Positions 17,233 to 24,769 of a stretch of DNA of 46,066 bases are shown in pieces. Positions within the stretch are counted from its first letter, which is position 1. Each line of letters starts with the position of its first letter. The DNA lies in assembly GCA_007376425.1 (NCBI GenBank), contig VMGG01000001.1, positions 1 through 46,066 of the forward strand, given 5' to 3'. The stretch comes from Parcubacteria group bacterium Gr01-1014_2. Lineage in GTDB: Bacteria; Patescibacteriota; Minisyncoccia; 2-02-FULL-40-12. The position numbers and the translations under genes are program-made. Under the pieces are notes generated by a model. The model made no database searches. It was not told where the DNA came from and was given only the letters and a program-made list of their open reading frames with translations.

Positions 17233-19335
17233 ATGGAGGAACTGCCAAAGGCTTATAATCCCAAAGAAGTTGAAGACCGCATTTACAAACTCTGGGAGGA
17301 GAGCGGTTTTTTCAGTCCAGAAGGACTGTCCTCCGTAGCCTCGGCGAAGGAGGATAGATTTATTTCTCGTAAATTCGTGACAGCTATCGCCCCGCCAAAT
17401 ATTACCGGCGAGCTGCACATGGGCCATGCTCTTGAATTAAGTATGCAAGATATCCTAGTTCGGATGAAAAGAATGGAAGGATATAAAACTCTTTGGATCC
17501 CTGGAATCGATCATGCCGGCATAGCCGCTCAAAATGTCGTAGAAAAACAACTTAAAAAAGAAGGTCTATCAAGACATGATTTAGGCAGAGAAAAATTTGA
17601 ACAGAGAGTCCAAGAATGGAAAGAAAAATACGGCACTGCGATATTAGATCAATTTAAGAAACTCGGCATTTCGGTTGATTGGTCAAGAATTAGATATACC
17701 CGAGATGAAAAATATGAAAAGGCAGTACTCGAAGCATTTAATCAATATCATAAAAGGGGATGGATTTATAAAGGGTATCGAGTGATTAATTGGTGCGTAC
17801 GCTGCGGCACCGGTATTTCCGATCTTGAGGTAAAACATACTCCTGAAAAAGGAAAACTTTATTATATAAAGTACGGGCCTTTTACTATTGCTACGGCCAG
17901 ACCGGAAACAAAATTAGGAGATACTGGTTTAGCCGTCCATCCTGATGACGAACGTTATAAAGATTATATCGGAAAAGATATTGAAATTGACTCAGTAGAC
18001 AACGATCTCCCGCCTTCTGAAAATCCAAGACTGAAAAAAATAAAAATAAAGGTTGTTGCTGATGAAACAGTTGAAAGTCTTTTCGGCACCGGCATTATAA
18101 AGGTTACTCCGGCTCACGATTTAACCGATTTTGAAATTTCCCAACGCCATAACTTGCCTCTTATAAAAATAATAGACGAGAATGGCACCATGAACCAAAA
18201 TGCCGGAAAAAGATACAAAGGACTAAAGGTTTCCGAAGTTAGGCAAAAAATAGTCAAAGACCTTGAAGAATCGGGGCTTCTGGAAAAAGTTGAAGACTAC
18301 AATCACAACGTCGGAAGATGCGATCGCTGTGATTCAATCATTGAACCGCTTCCTTCTAACCAATGGTTTCTTAAGGTTTCTGAACTGGCAAAACTAGCCA
18401 AAGAAACGATTAAAAAAGAAGGGGTTAAGTTCCACCCGGACAGATGGAATGAGATATCTTTGCGCTGGCTTGAAAATATAAGAGACTGGAACATTTCAAG
18501 GCAACTTTGGTGGGGGCATAAGATACCAATAGAAGGAGAGGATGATGTTTTAGATACGTGGTTCTCTTCAGCGCTTTGGCCATTTGCTGTTTTTGGTTGG
18601 CCAGAAAAAACAAAAGACTTATCTGAATACTATCCAACAAACTTTATTACTTCGGATCGCGGAATAGTATTTTTATGGCAAATAAGAATGATTTTTTCGG
18701 GTAAGTTTTTTATGAACAAAGCGCCTTTTAGCAATATATATATTCATCCTACCGTTTTAACAAAAGATGGAAAAAGAATGTCTAAATCACTTGGAACAGG
18801 TATTGATCCGGTTGATTTGATCGAAAAATACGGAGCGGATGCCCTAAGATTTGGCCTGGCTTATCAAAATACCGGCGTTCAGGATATGAGATTTAATGAA
18901 GCTGTAATTTTAACAGGCAAAAAGTTTGCCAACAAGCTCTGGAATATTGCCCGGTATATAATGAGAAGAGTGGAAGGAGATTGGGATAGATATAAGCCGT
19001 TCTCTATTGATAAAATCACGGGATCAGAAAGTTTCGGCGGACCGATGAAAACAACAGCTGAAGAAGTTACAGAAAATATAAATCAATATCGTTTCGGTGA
19101 TGCTGCACATATAATCTATGACTACATGTGGCATCAAATTGCGGACAAATACATAGAAATGTCAAAAAAAGAAAACCAAGACAATGAAGAAGAAATAAAA
19201 GAAAACCTTGTGCTTTATCTAATTAATCTTCTCAAGCTTCTTCACCCGTTCATGCCTTTCATTACCGAGGAAATCTGGAGTAAGTTGCCGATAAAAAATA
19301 AGAAACTGCTTTTAATTGAAAAATGGCCCCATTAG
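17233..19335 (+). CDS. valS: Valine--tRNA ligase (short form, no long C-terminal coiled coil)
   Basis: It has PPNITGELHMGHAL (HIGH), the CP1 editing region, KMSKSLG (KMSKS) and an anticodon-binding helical end. It is 700 aa long. Confidence 0.9.
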   Translation: MEELPKAYNPKEVEDRIYKLWEESGFFSPEGLSSVASAKEDRFISRKFVTAIAPPNITGELHMGHALELSMQDILVRMKRMEGYKTLWIPGIDHAGIAAQNVVEKQLKKEGLSRHDLGREKFEQRVQEWKEKYGTAILDQFKKLGISVDWSRIRYTRDEKYEKAVLEAFNQYHKRGWIYKGYRVINWCVRCGTGISDLEVKHTPEKGKLYYIKYGPFTIATARPETKLGDTGLAVHPDDERYKDYIGKDIEIDSVDNDLPPSENPRLKKIKIKVVADETVESLFGTGIIKVTPAHDLTDFEISQRHNLPLIKIIDENGTMNQNAGKRYKGLKVSEVRQKIVKDLEESGLLEKVEDYNHNVGRCDRCDSIIEPLPSNQWFLKVSELAKLAKETIKKEGVKFHPDRWNEISLRWLENIRDWNISRQLWWGHKIPIEGEDDVLDTWFSSALWPFAVFGWPEKTKDLSEYYPTNFITSDRGIVFLWQIRMIFSGKFFMNKAPFSNIYIHPTVLTKDGKRMSKSLGTGIDPVDLIEKYGADALRFGLAYQNTGVQDMRFNEAVILTGKKFANKLWNIARYIMRRVEGDWDRYKPFSIDKITGSESFGGPMKTTAEEVTENINQYRFGDAAHIIYDYMWHQIADKYIEMSKKENQDNEEEIKENLVLYLINLLKLLHPFMPFITEEIWSKLPIKNKKLLLIEKWPH
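17329..17354 (+). repeat. Palindromic mini-element, in-frame in valS (encodes SSVASAKED)
   Basis: The sequence is tcctcc-gtagcc-tc-ggcgaa-ggagga, with a 6-bp perfect outer stem. It lies just upstream of the HIGH motif, in a region where I do not expect conserved residues. Confidence 0.75.
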
Positions 19336-19356
19336 AAATTAGAAATTGATTTAATT

Positions 19357-20085
19357 ATGTCTCTATCAATTTCGACAAATGTTTCATTAGTCATTCTCGG
19401 TTTCCTGCCAAGCATTGTTTGGCTCTCTCTTTTTTTGACTAAAGATCCGAGGCCTGAACCTAAATACCTCATCATCAAAGTATTCCTTTTCGGCATCATT
19501 ATTGCGCCAGTAGTGGTCTTAATCGAAGCAATCATAAGCGGCGTGGCATCAGAAATTAGTTTTCTGCCCAGGGCAATGATTTTTTTCAGCTTAGCCGCTT
19601 TTGTTGAAGAATATATGAAATACTGGGTAGTCCGAAATTCAGTGGTTTCAAAGCCTGATTTTGATGAACCCCATGATTCAATAATCTACATGATCGCCGC
19701 GGCTTTGGGCTTTGCCGCTATGGAAAATATTCTGATTGCTTTTAAAATCTACCCCGAAGGATTCACTGCCACTTTGGGAGTGATCGCCCTTCGCTTTACC
19801 GGCGCCACCTTGCTCCATGCTTTGGCTTCTGGAATCGTAGGCTATTTTTTAGGACTGGCCTGGTTTTTTTATCACTTCAAAAAACAAATCATTGTTTTGG
19901 GATTGACTATTGCTTCTCTTCTGCATTTAGTTTTTAATTATCTGATTTTTCTTAACCCGGCCGTTGCCCTGCCCAGTAATACCATACTTTTACTTGGAAT
20001 GCTGGTATCACTTCTAATACTTTTTGACAAATTAAAAGACCGACATCAACAAGTTATCCAGAGAGTATCCACAAAAATCTATTGA
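19357..20085 (+). CDS. PrsW-family intramembrane metalloprotease
   Basis: It has multiple TM helices with FVEEYMKYW, FAAMENI and LLHALASG motifs. Confidence 0.75.
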   Translation: MSLSISTNVSLVILGFLPSIVWLSLFLTKDPRPEPKYLIIKVFLFGIIIAPVVVLIEAIISGVASEISFLPRAMIFFSLAAFVEEYMKYWVVRNSVVSKPDFDEPHDSIIYMIAAALGFAAMENILIAFKIYPEGFTATLGVIALRFTGATLLHALASGIVGYFLGLAWFFYHFKKQIIVLGLTIASLLHLVFNYLIFLNPAVALPSNTILLLGMLVSLLILFDKLKDRHQQVIQRVSTKIY

Positions 20086-20139
20086 CTTGAGGTTTTAATA
20101 GAATCAAAATTAAGTTAGATAAAACTTTTTAATGTTTTA

Positions 20140-20487
20140 ATGAAAGAAGATCTTAAAAATAATATCGAGGGTCAAAACGGCATACTAACTTTGGATGTTT
20201 TCCAAAAAGATAATGAGATCATCATAAAATCGGCGATTGCCGGGGTTTCGGGAAAAGATTTGGATATTTCAATCACTAATGACACTGTTTCAATAAAAGG
20301 AACTAGAAAAGAAGAAGAAAGCGAAGAAGCAAAAAACTATTTTTATCAAGAATTGAATTGGGGGTCATTCTCAAGAACTGTAATCCTGCCGCAAGAAGTA
20401 GACGCTGACCAAGCCAAGGCTACATTGAAAAACGGGGTACTGACGATTACTTTACCAAAACTTTCAAAAGTGAAGCCCGGCCCTTGA
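20140..20487 (+). CDS. Hsp20/alpha-crystallin small heat-shock protein
   Basis: DVFQKDNEIIIKSAIAGVSGKDLDISI...FSRTVILPQEVDADQAKATLKNGVLTITLPK matches the family. Confidence 0.9.
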   Translation: MKEDLKNNIEGQNGILTLDVFQKDNEIIIKSAIAGVSGKDLDISITNDTVSIKGTRKEEESEEAKNYFYQELNWGSFSRTVILPQEVDADQAKATLKNGVLTITLPKLSKVKPGP

Positions 20488-20577
20488 CTTCTCGCTTGGG
20501 GCCGACCCGCTGAGCGGGTCAAGTCTGCGGGATCAAGAAAATAATTAATTATAAAGTTCTTCATCCCAATGACCAAG

Positions 20578-20649
20578 CTCGCCCCCACACTCATTATTTG
20601 AGTTAAGGAGGCGAGCCCTCACATTCGCAATTGTGAGTGTGGGGGCGAG
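20578..20649. repeat. 16-bp perfect inverted repeat enclosing a 40-nt loop (GC-rich structured spacer)
   Basis: The arms are ctcgcccccacactca (20578-20593) and tgagtgtgggggcgag (20634-20649). An alternative inner pairing is ctcaca/tgtgag. A further hairpin, gacccgc-tga-gcgggtc, lies at 20504-20520. Confidence 0.7.
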
Positions 20650-20681
20650 TAGTGAAGGGCTGCTTGGAGCCCGGATATATT

Positions 20682-20701
20682 GCCCCCCTTATTAGGGGGG
20701 C
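20682..20701 (+). terminator. Hairpin with a T-rich tail, likely terminator of the hsp20 transcript
   Basis: gcccccc-ttatta-ggggggc is followed by tttagttattt. Confidence 0.5.
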
Positions 20702-20711
20702 TTTAGTTATT

Positions 20712-20798
20712 TGGTGTCGGGAGGGAGAGTTGAACTCCCACGGGTTTTACCCCACAGGATCCTAAATCCTGCGCGTCTTCCAGTTTCGCCATCCCGAC
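20712..20798 (-). tRNA. tRNA-Leu (anticodon UAG), type II, CCA encoded
   Basis: The minus strand reads GTCGGGA TG GCG AAACTGGAAGA CGC G CAGGA TTTAGGA TCCTG TGGGGTAAAACCCGT GGGAG TTCAACT CTCCC TCCCGAC A CCA. Confidence 0.9.
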
Positions 20799-20799
20799 A

Positions 20800-21372
20800 T
20801 TATATCTTCTCATACAAAAACAGGTTAAATCTATCAATTTTCCCGGTTTTTATCAATTTCAAATCTAATTTTCCCGATTCATCTATCGGAAAGCTTGCTG
20901 AAATTATTCTCGAGCCAAAAGCCAGTTCTTCCTTGAATTTGGGAATCAATTTTTTAACCGCTTCGGGATATAGATAAAGAAAAACGCTGTCGGCTTCTCT
21001 TAAATCCGAATTTTGAAAATCTTCTTTAAAAATGTCTATCTTTTCTTTGAGGTTCTGGTACCGGATTAAAAATCTGGATTTCCAATAAGGCCACGGCGAA
21101 ATTTCGTACCCAACCGCCCTTTTGACTCTGAAATTTTTGACCGCTTCGATTAAAACCCGGCCGTCGCCCGAACCTAGGTCGTAAAAATCACCTCCGTTTT
21201 CGATTTCGGCGAACTTTAAAATATTCTTTATTGATTTTTTAGGAAGCGGGACATAAGGCGCCCCTTTGGCTTGTGAAATAAAACCGGAAGCCAAAACGAA
21301 CACGGCAAACGATAGAAAAGCAATTTCAAAAACAACAAAAAAGAACAAAAAGAGAATTCTGATAATCTCCAC
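20800..21372 (-). CDS. Membrane-anchored class I SAM-dependent methyltransferase
   Basis: It has an N-terminal TM followed by motif I, FYDLGSGDGRVLIEA. I prefer the GTG start at 21372, because the track start at 21468 would overlap the upstream gene by 56 nt and run through a terminator hairpin. Confidence 0.65.
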   Translation of the reverse strand: MEIIRILFLFFFVVFEIAFLSFAVFVLASGFISQAKGAPYVPLPKKSIKNILKFAEIENGGDFYDLGSGDGRVLIEAVKNFRVKRAVGYEISPWPYWKSRFLIRYQNLKEKIDIFKEDFQNSDLREADSVFLYLYPEAVKKLIPKFKEELAFGSRIISASFPIDESGKLDLKLIKTGKIDRFNLFLYEKI

Positions 21373-21376
21373 ATCG

Positions 21377-21400
21377 AACAAGCGGCATTCGCCGCTTGTT
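21377..21400 (-). terminator. Perfect 10-bp hairpin after pilin-like gene P5
   Basis: The hairpin is aacaagcggc-attc-gccgcttgtt. It lacks a strong T tail. Confidence 0.45.
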
Positions 21401-21412
21401 GTGATTTGAAGA

Positions 21413-21775
21413 CTACTGGAAGAAGACCCTGGTAACCACTCCGGCAAGGGTCTGAAGAATAAGCCCAACGGCTATGACCACCAACGCGCCCCAGACGCCG
21501 GACCAGATTTGGGTCTTGGCCGCCTTTATTTTAGTATCGTCGCCGCCAGCCCGCATCCAAGCAATACCTCCCCAAACTATGTAAATTAATGCGGCGACCA
21601 CGCCTATTATTAAGATGAATTGAGCTAGTCGCCTGACAATATTTTCAACTTCGGTCAGGGTTGTGCCCGGGACAACAGGCGGATTAACTGTCGGCAACTG
21701 GGCCAGAACCACCACCGGCAATAAAACCAGCATCGCTATCGCTGAAACAGCTGCGTATTTTTTAATTAAATTCAT
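21413..21775 (-). CDS. TrbC/VirB2-like (T4SS-type) pilin-like small membrane protein P5
   Basis: It has a signal peptide (AMLVLLPVVVLAQ) and then two TM helices flanking the loop AWMRAGGDDTKIKAAKTQIWSG. Confidence 0.6.
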   Translation of the reverse strand: MNLIKKYAAVSAIAMLVLLPVVVLAQLPTVNPPVVPGTTLTEVENIVRRLAQFILIIGVVAALIYIVWGGIAWMRAGGDDTKIKAAKTQIWSGVWGALVVIAVGLILQTLAGVVTRVFFQ

Positions 21776-21829
21776 TTGTTTATTTTAATTTTACTTTTAG
21801 CTCCAACACTTATGGTCGGAGCTTTCGAC

Positions 21830-22267
21830 CTAAGGTTTACAGGTTTTTTGTCCTAATCCAAACAATCCGGCTCGGCACTCCAAACCGAACTGGCAATTAG
21901 TATCCTGATTACACAAACTCCCGGGCCCGCCCAGGATCGGATTGCCGGGTATTCCAGAACCGCCAAAGAAACTTCCTGTCACCACTATATTATATATCGT
22001 CAGAATTATCACGCCAACCGCTAAAATTATAAATGCTCCGGTTATCCCGTTCCTGAACCAGCCCTTAGCGCTTTTGGCTTCGGTGTCAGACTTGGCCCAG
22101 AAATACATTATGCCGGAAATCACTATGGTAATAATGGCTAAGATTATTCCGGCGGCAATCAAAAAATTGGCAATGGAATTAAGAATATCTAATAAACCGC
22201 CTTGGGTTAAAGTCGGGCCGGGCGGCAATTGAGGCACGGTATAGTCTGGAACTAGAGCTAGATTCAT
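21830..22267 (-). CDS. Pilin-like small membrane protein P4 with a Cys-rich C-terminal tail
   Basis: It has two TM helices around the loop ISGIMYFWAKSDTEAKSAKGWFRNGI. The tail is CNQDTNCQFGLECRAGLFGLGQKTCKP (4 Cys). Confidence 0.6.
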   Translation of the reverse strand: MNLALVPDYTVPQLPPGPTLTQGGLLDILNSIANFLIAAGIILAIITIVISGIMYFWAKSDTEAKSAKGWFRNGITGAFIILAVGVIILTIYNIVVTGSFFGGSGIPGNPILGGPGSLCNQDTNCQFGLECRAGLFGLGQKTCKP

Positions 22268-22563
22268 TTAATTCTCTATTGGCCCGGGCCAATGCAAAAC
22301 CCCATGCTTTCGCCTTCCGGAATGAAACAAGTAAACCCGCTTGGACAGCTTTGGGGCCCGGTACAATTCTGAAACGACTCCTCGGTGGTCACGCTTGGTC
22401 TTGACCCGCCGAAAAATCCTCCTTCCACGATAATCTTAATTGTCTGAATTATCACGCCAGTGGCCAAAATTATGAACACTCCGATAATCCCGTTCCGAAG
22501 CCAGCCCTTGGCGCTTTTGGCTTCGGTGTCAGACTTGGCCCAGAAATACATTATGCCGGAAAT
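22058..22563 (-). repeat. 63-nt near-identical tract shared by P4 and P3
   Basis: 22058-22120 and 22501-22563 read ccagccctt[a/g]gcgcttttggcttcggtgtcagacttggcccagaaatacattatgccggaaat, with one mismatch, while the flanks are diverged. Confidence 0.85.
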
Positions 22564-22764
22564 AACCAAAGTAATCACTGCCAAAGTAATCCCGGCAGTG
22601 TAAAGAAACTTGGCCGTGCTATCCAAAAGATTAGTAAGCCTTTGATAAGTGACTGGCTCGCCCAGAGGCAACTGAAAAGTTGATTGAGGCTGCTGAACTA
22701 AAAAAGCAGTTAGTAAATTTTTGATTTTTGATTGGTGATTTTTGATTGTTTTTAAAATATACAT
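22276..22764 (-). CDS. Pilin-like small membrane protein P3 with a Cys-rich C-terminal tail
   Basis: It has the same core, ISGIMYFWAKSDTEAKSAKGWLRNGI. The tail is CTGPQSCPSGFTCFIPEGESMGFC (4 Cys). Confidence 0.6.
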   Translation of the reverse strand: MYILKTIKNHQSKIKNLLTAFLVQQPQSTFQLPLGEPVTYQRLTNLLDSTAKFLYTAGITLAVITLVISGIMYFWAKSDTEAKSAKGWLRNGIIGVFIILATGVIIQTIKIIVEGGFFGGSRPSVTTEESFQNCTGPQSCPSGFTCFIPEGESMGFCIGPGQ

Positions 22765-23096
22765 CTTCCAAGTATACTTAGCCGGCAGAAAAATTCTCTG
22801 GTCACCACATTGGCAATCGTATTTATTATCACTCCTACCCCCAAAACAATCAAAGCGCCAAGCAAAGCGTTTTTAAACCAGGCTTGAGCTTTTTTTATTG
22901 CTTCTGGACTACTGCCCGCATTCATATACATTATACCACTTATAACAATTGCAATTATGGCAAATAAAACTCCGATATTAGTCAAAAACGAACCGATAAG
23001 CGCGATAATACTGCCGAGTTCGACCAAAGTAAGGCCACGACCAGCCACTGGCGGCGGCGGAATAACTATTTGAGCGATTTCTAAAAATCTAAACAT
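22752..23096 (-). CDS. Pilin-like small membrane protein P2
   Basis: It has two TM helices around the loop ISGIMYMNAGSSPEAIKKAQAWFKNAL. The C-terminus is CRLSILGRC. Confidence 0.6.
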   Translation of the reverse strand: MFRFLEIAQIVIPPPPVAGRGLTLVELGSIIALIGSFLTNIGVLFAIIAIVISGIMYMNAGSSPEAIKKAQAWFKNALLGALIVLGVGVIINTIANVVTREFFCRLSILGRCIF

Positions 23097-23431
23097 TTTG
23101 CTTGAGCCCCGCTAACAGGGGAACAATTTAAAGGAAGCAATTTATAATTTAAACCCGGCTGTAAAGCATTGGCAATCGTAGCAATAATAACATTGGCCGC
23201 CAGAATCACCAAGATGCCGACCAAAGTCCACCTTAAATTCTTGGTCGCATCAGCGACTTTGGTTTCATTGCCTCTGGCCAAGAAATACTGAATGCCGGCC
23301 CACACCAAAAAAATAACCATTATCGCAAGTACTATCCCAATCAGCCAACAAGCAAAGCCAGTAATTATGCCGGCAATGCGCTGAACCGTAAAATCTTGTA
23401 TCCCCAAAAAATCGTCCATAATCTTAATCAC
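23081..23431 (-). CDS. Pilin-like small membrane protein P1
   Basis: It has two TM helices around the loop AGIQYFLARGNETKVADATKNLRW. The start is either GTG at 23431 or ATG at 23419. It overlaps P2 by 16 nt. Confidence 0.55.
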   Translation of the reverse strand: MIKIMDDFLGIQDFTVQRIAGIITGFACWLIGIVLAIMVIFLVWAGIQYFLARGNETKVADATKNLRWTLVGILVILAANVIIATIANALQPGLNYKLLPLNCSPVSGAQAKCLDF

Positions 23432-23485
23432 AATTATATAAGTTAAAATAAGTAATAACCACTTTAATTATCCACAAATGAAAAA

Positions 23486-23508
23486 GGGAGAACAAATTGC
23501 GTTCTCCC
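23486..23508 (-). terminator. Intrinsic terminator of GC-rich module gene D
   Basis: On the minus strand, GGGAGAAC-GCAATTT-GTTCTCCC is followed by TTTTT. Confidence 0.85.
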
Positions 23509-23534
23509 CTTGTCGAGTTCCCATAACTTCGCGG

Positions 23535-24305
23535 TCAGGGACTCTTGAGTTTGACCGTGGCCGGAATCCGCCATCCCGGCAGAGTTGAGTCTTCGGTTCC
23601 CTGAAGATCAATCTCAAACTCATCGAAAGAGCCTCGGCCGTCTGGCTGAACCAGGAACACCCGAATGTCCGGCCGGTTGACTGTAGCTGTTGCCTTTTGC
23701 GCGAGCACGGCTCGCTTGCCATCAACCTCCACCACAATGACCGAGGTCGTTTCATTTATGACTTTGAAGCGAACTCCGGCCAGCCGCGGCATTGGCTTGG
23801 CAACAGTTACTTCTGCCGGCTCGACAGCAGATTGGTCTGCAGTCGGCGGCTGCGGCCGTTCAGGAACCGTCTGTGGCTGGACTAACGGCTGTTGCGACGC
23901 CTGAACTGACTGATAAACTACAACTGGTTCATACCAGCACTCGCGTTCGTGTTGACCGTAAAGGCCAACACCGCCAGCACCGACTGCGGCACCGCCGACA
24001 ACCGCGCCCGCGTTGCGAGTCCAGATAGCGGCTGAACCACCACCTGCCAAGGCGCCCAAACCCATATCAGCGAACCGATGCCCGATAGACATCGGCCTGC
24101 ACACGAGTTGCTGACCGGGGTAACCGTAAGGCTGCCACTGGCCGGCCAGCGACCAAATCATGGCCTGATTGCCAGCCACGACCCGCGCCGCCTCGTTTCC
24201 GCCAAACGGCGAAAACCCTCCGAAACCGCCGAACCCCCACTGGGCAGAAGCCTCACCTCGCCCAAACAGAACTCCCAAAATTACAATGAAAAGAACTTTC
24301 TTCAT
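23535..24305 (-). CDS. GC-rich module gene D: secreted protein with a glycine-zipper-like segment, a Pro/Gln linker and a C-terminal beta-rich domain
   Basis: The SD GGGAGGTGAGGG precedes the ATG. The signal peptide is MKKVLFIVILGVLFGRGEASA. The Gly-rich stretch is GLGALAGGGSAAIW...GAVVGGAAVGAGGVG. No family is recognised for the C-terminal domain. Confidence 0.7.
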   Translation of the reverse strand: MKKVLFIVILGVLFGRGEASAQWGFGGFGGFSPFGGNEAARVVAGNQAMIWSLAGQWQPYGYPGQQLVCRPMSIGHRFADMGLGALAGGGSAAIWTRNAGAVVGGAAVGAGGVGLYGQHERECWYEPVVVYQSVQASQQPLVQPQTVPERPQPPTADQSAVEPAEVTVAKPMPRLAGVRFKVINETTSVIVVEVDGKRAVLAQKATATVNRPDIRVFLVQPDGRGSFDEFEIDLQGTEDSTLPGWRIPATVKLKSP

Positions 24306-24441
24306 CCCTCACCTCCCTAGAACGAGCGAATGCTCGTTCGGGCTATGGCCCGTGGGCTCGCCCATTAGGGCGATCAATTCACAAATCGAATTGATTTAGC
24401 CAATACCTCTATTCTACTAAATTATTTAAAACTTGTCAAAC

Positions 24442-24483
24442 CACCCTTGAATTATCTTACACGTGTAAGATAATTCAAGGGTG
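24442..24483. promoter_or_regulatory. Perfect 42-nt palindrome (21-nt arms, no spacer) carrying TTGAAT-N17-ATAATT on both strands
   Basis: cacccttgaattatcttacac|gtgtaagataattcaagggtg is its own reverse complement. Confidence 0.6.
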
Positions 24484-24702
24484 ATGGCGTTTGGACTGAA
24501 GTTGAAACGGATGAATAAAAACTTCAAACGTCCAAAAACCACTTTTGAAAACATAATTCTTAGTATGCTGCTGTGCCGCAAAAATCACTCAAAGGATATA
24601 GAATATTTTTTAAAAACCTCTCGCGGCTTTTTGCACCCAAACTTTCTCAAAAAACAGGCGGCGGAATTGGGGGTTGGGGCTCTACTGAAAAAGTTTTTAT
24701 AA
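24481..24702 (+). CDS. Possible small basic protein (73 aa) in the AT-rich spacer, opposite strand to the module
   Basis: The ORF starts inside the palindrome (GTG ATG), has no convincing SD, and its product is Lys/Arg-rich. It may be non-coding. Confidence 0.25.
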   Translation: MMAFGLKLKRMNKNFKRPKTTFENIILSMLLCRKNHSKDIEYFLKTSRGFLHPNFLKKQAAELGVGALLKKFL

Positions 24703-24712
24703 AAAATTAAAA

Positions 24713-24742
24713 GGCCGTTTCCATGTTTCCACGAAAACGGCC
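24713..24742 (-). terminator. Intrinsic terminator after GC-rich module gene C
   Basis: On the minus strand, GGCCGTTT-tcgtggaaacatgg-AAACGGCC is followed by TTTTAATTTTTT. Confidence 0.8.
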
Positions 24743-24769
24743 CTGAAAGAACGATCGCTAACTTTTCGG

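Noticed and set aside
20711-20977. 88-aa plus-strand ORF.
   Set aside because: It begins on the antisense of tRNA-Leu(UAG) and continues on the antisense of the methyltransferase gene.
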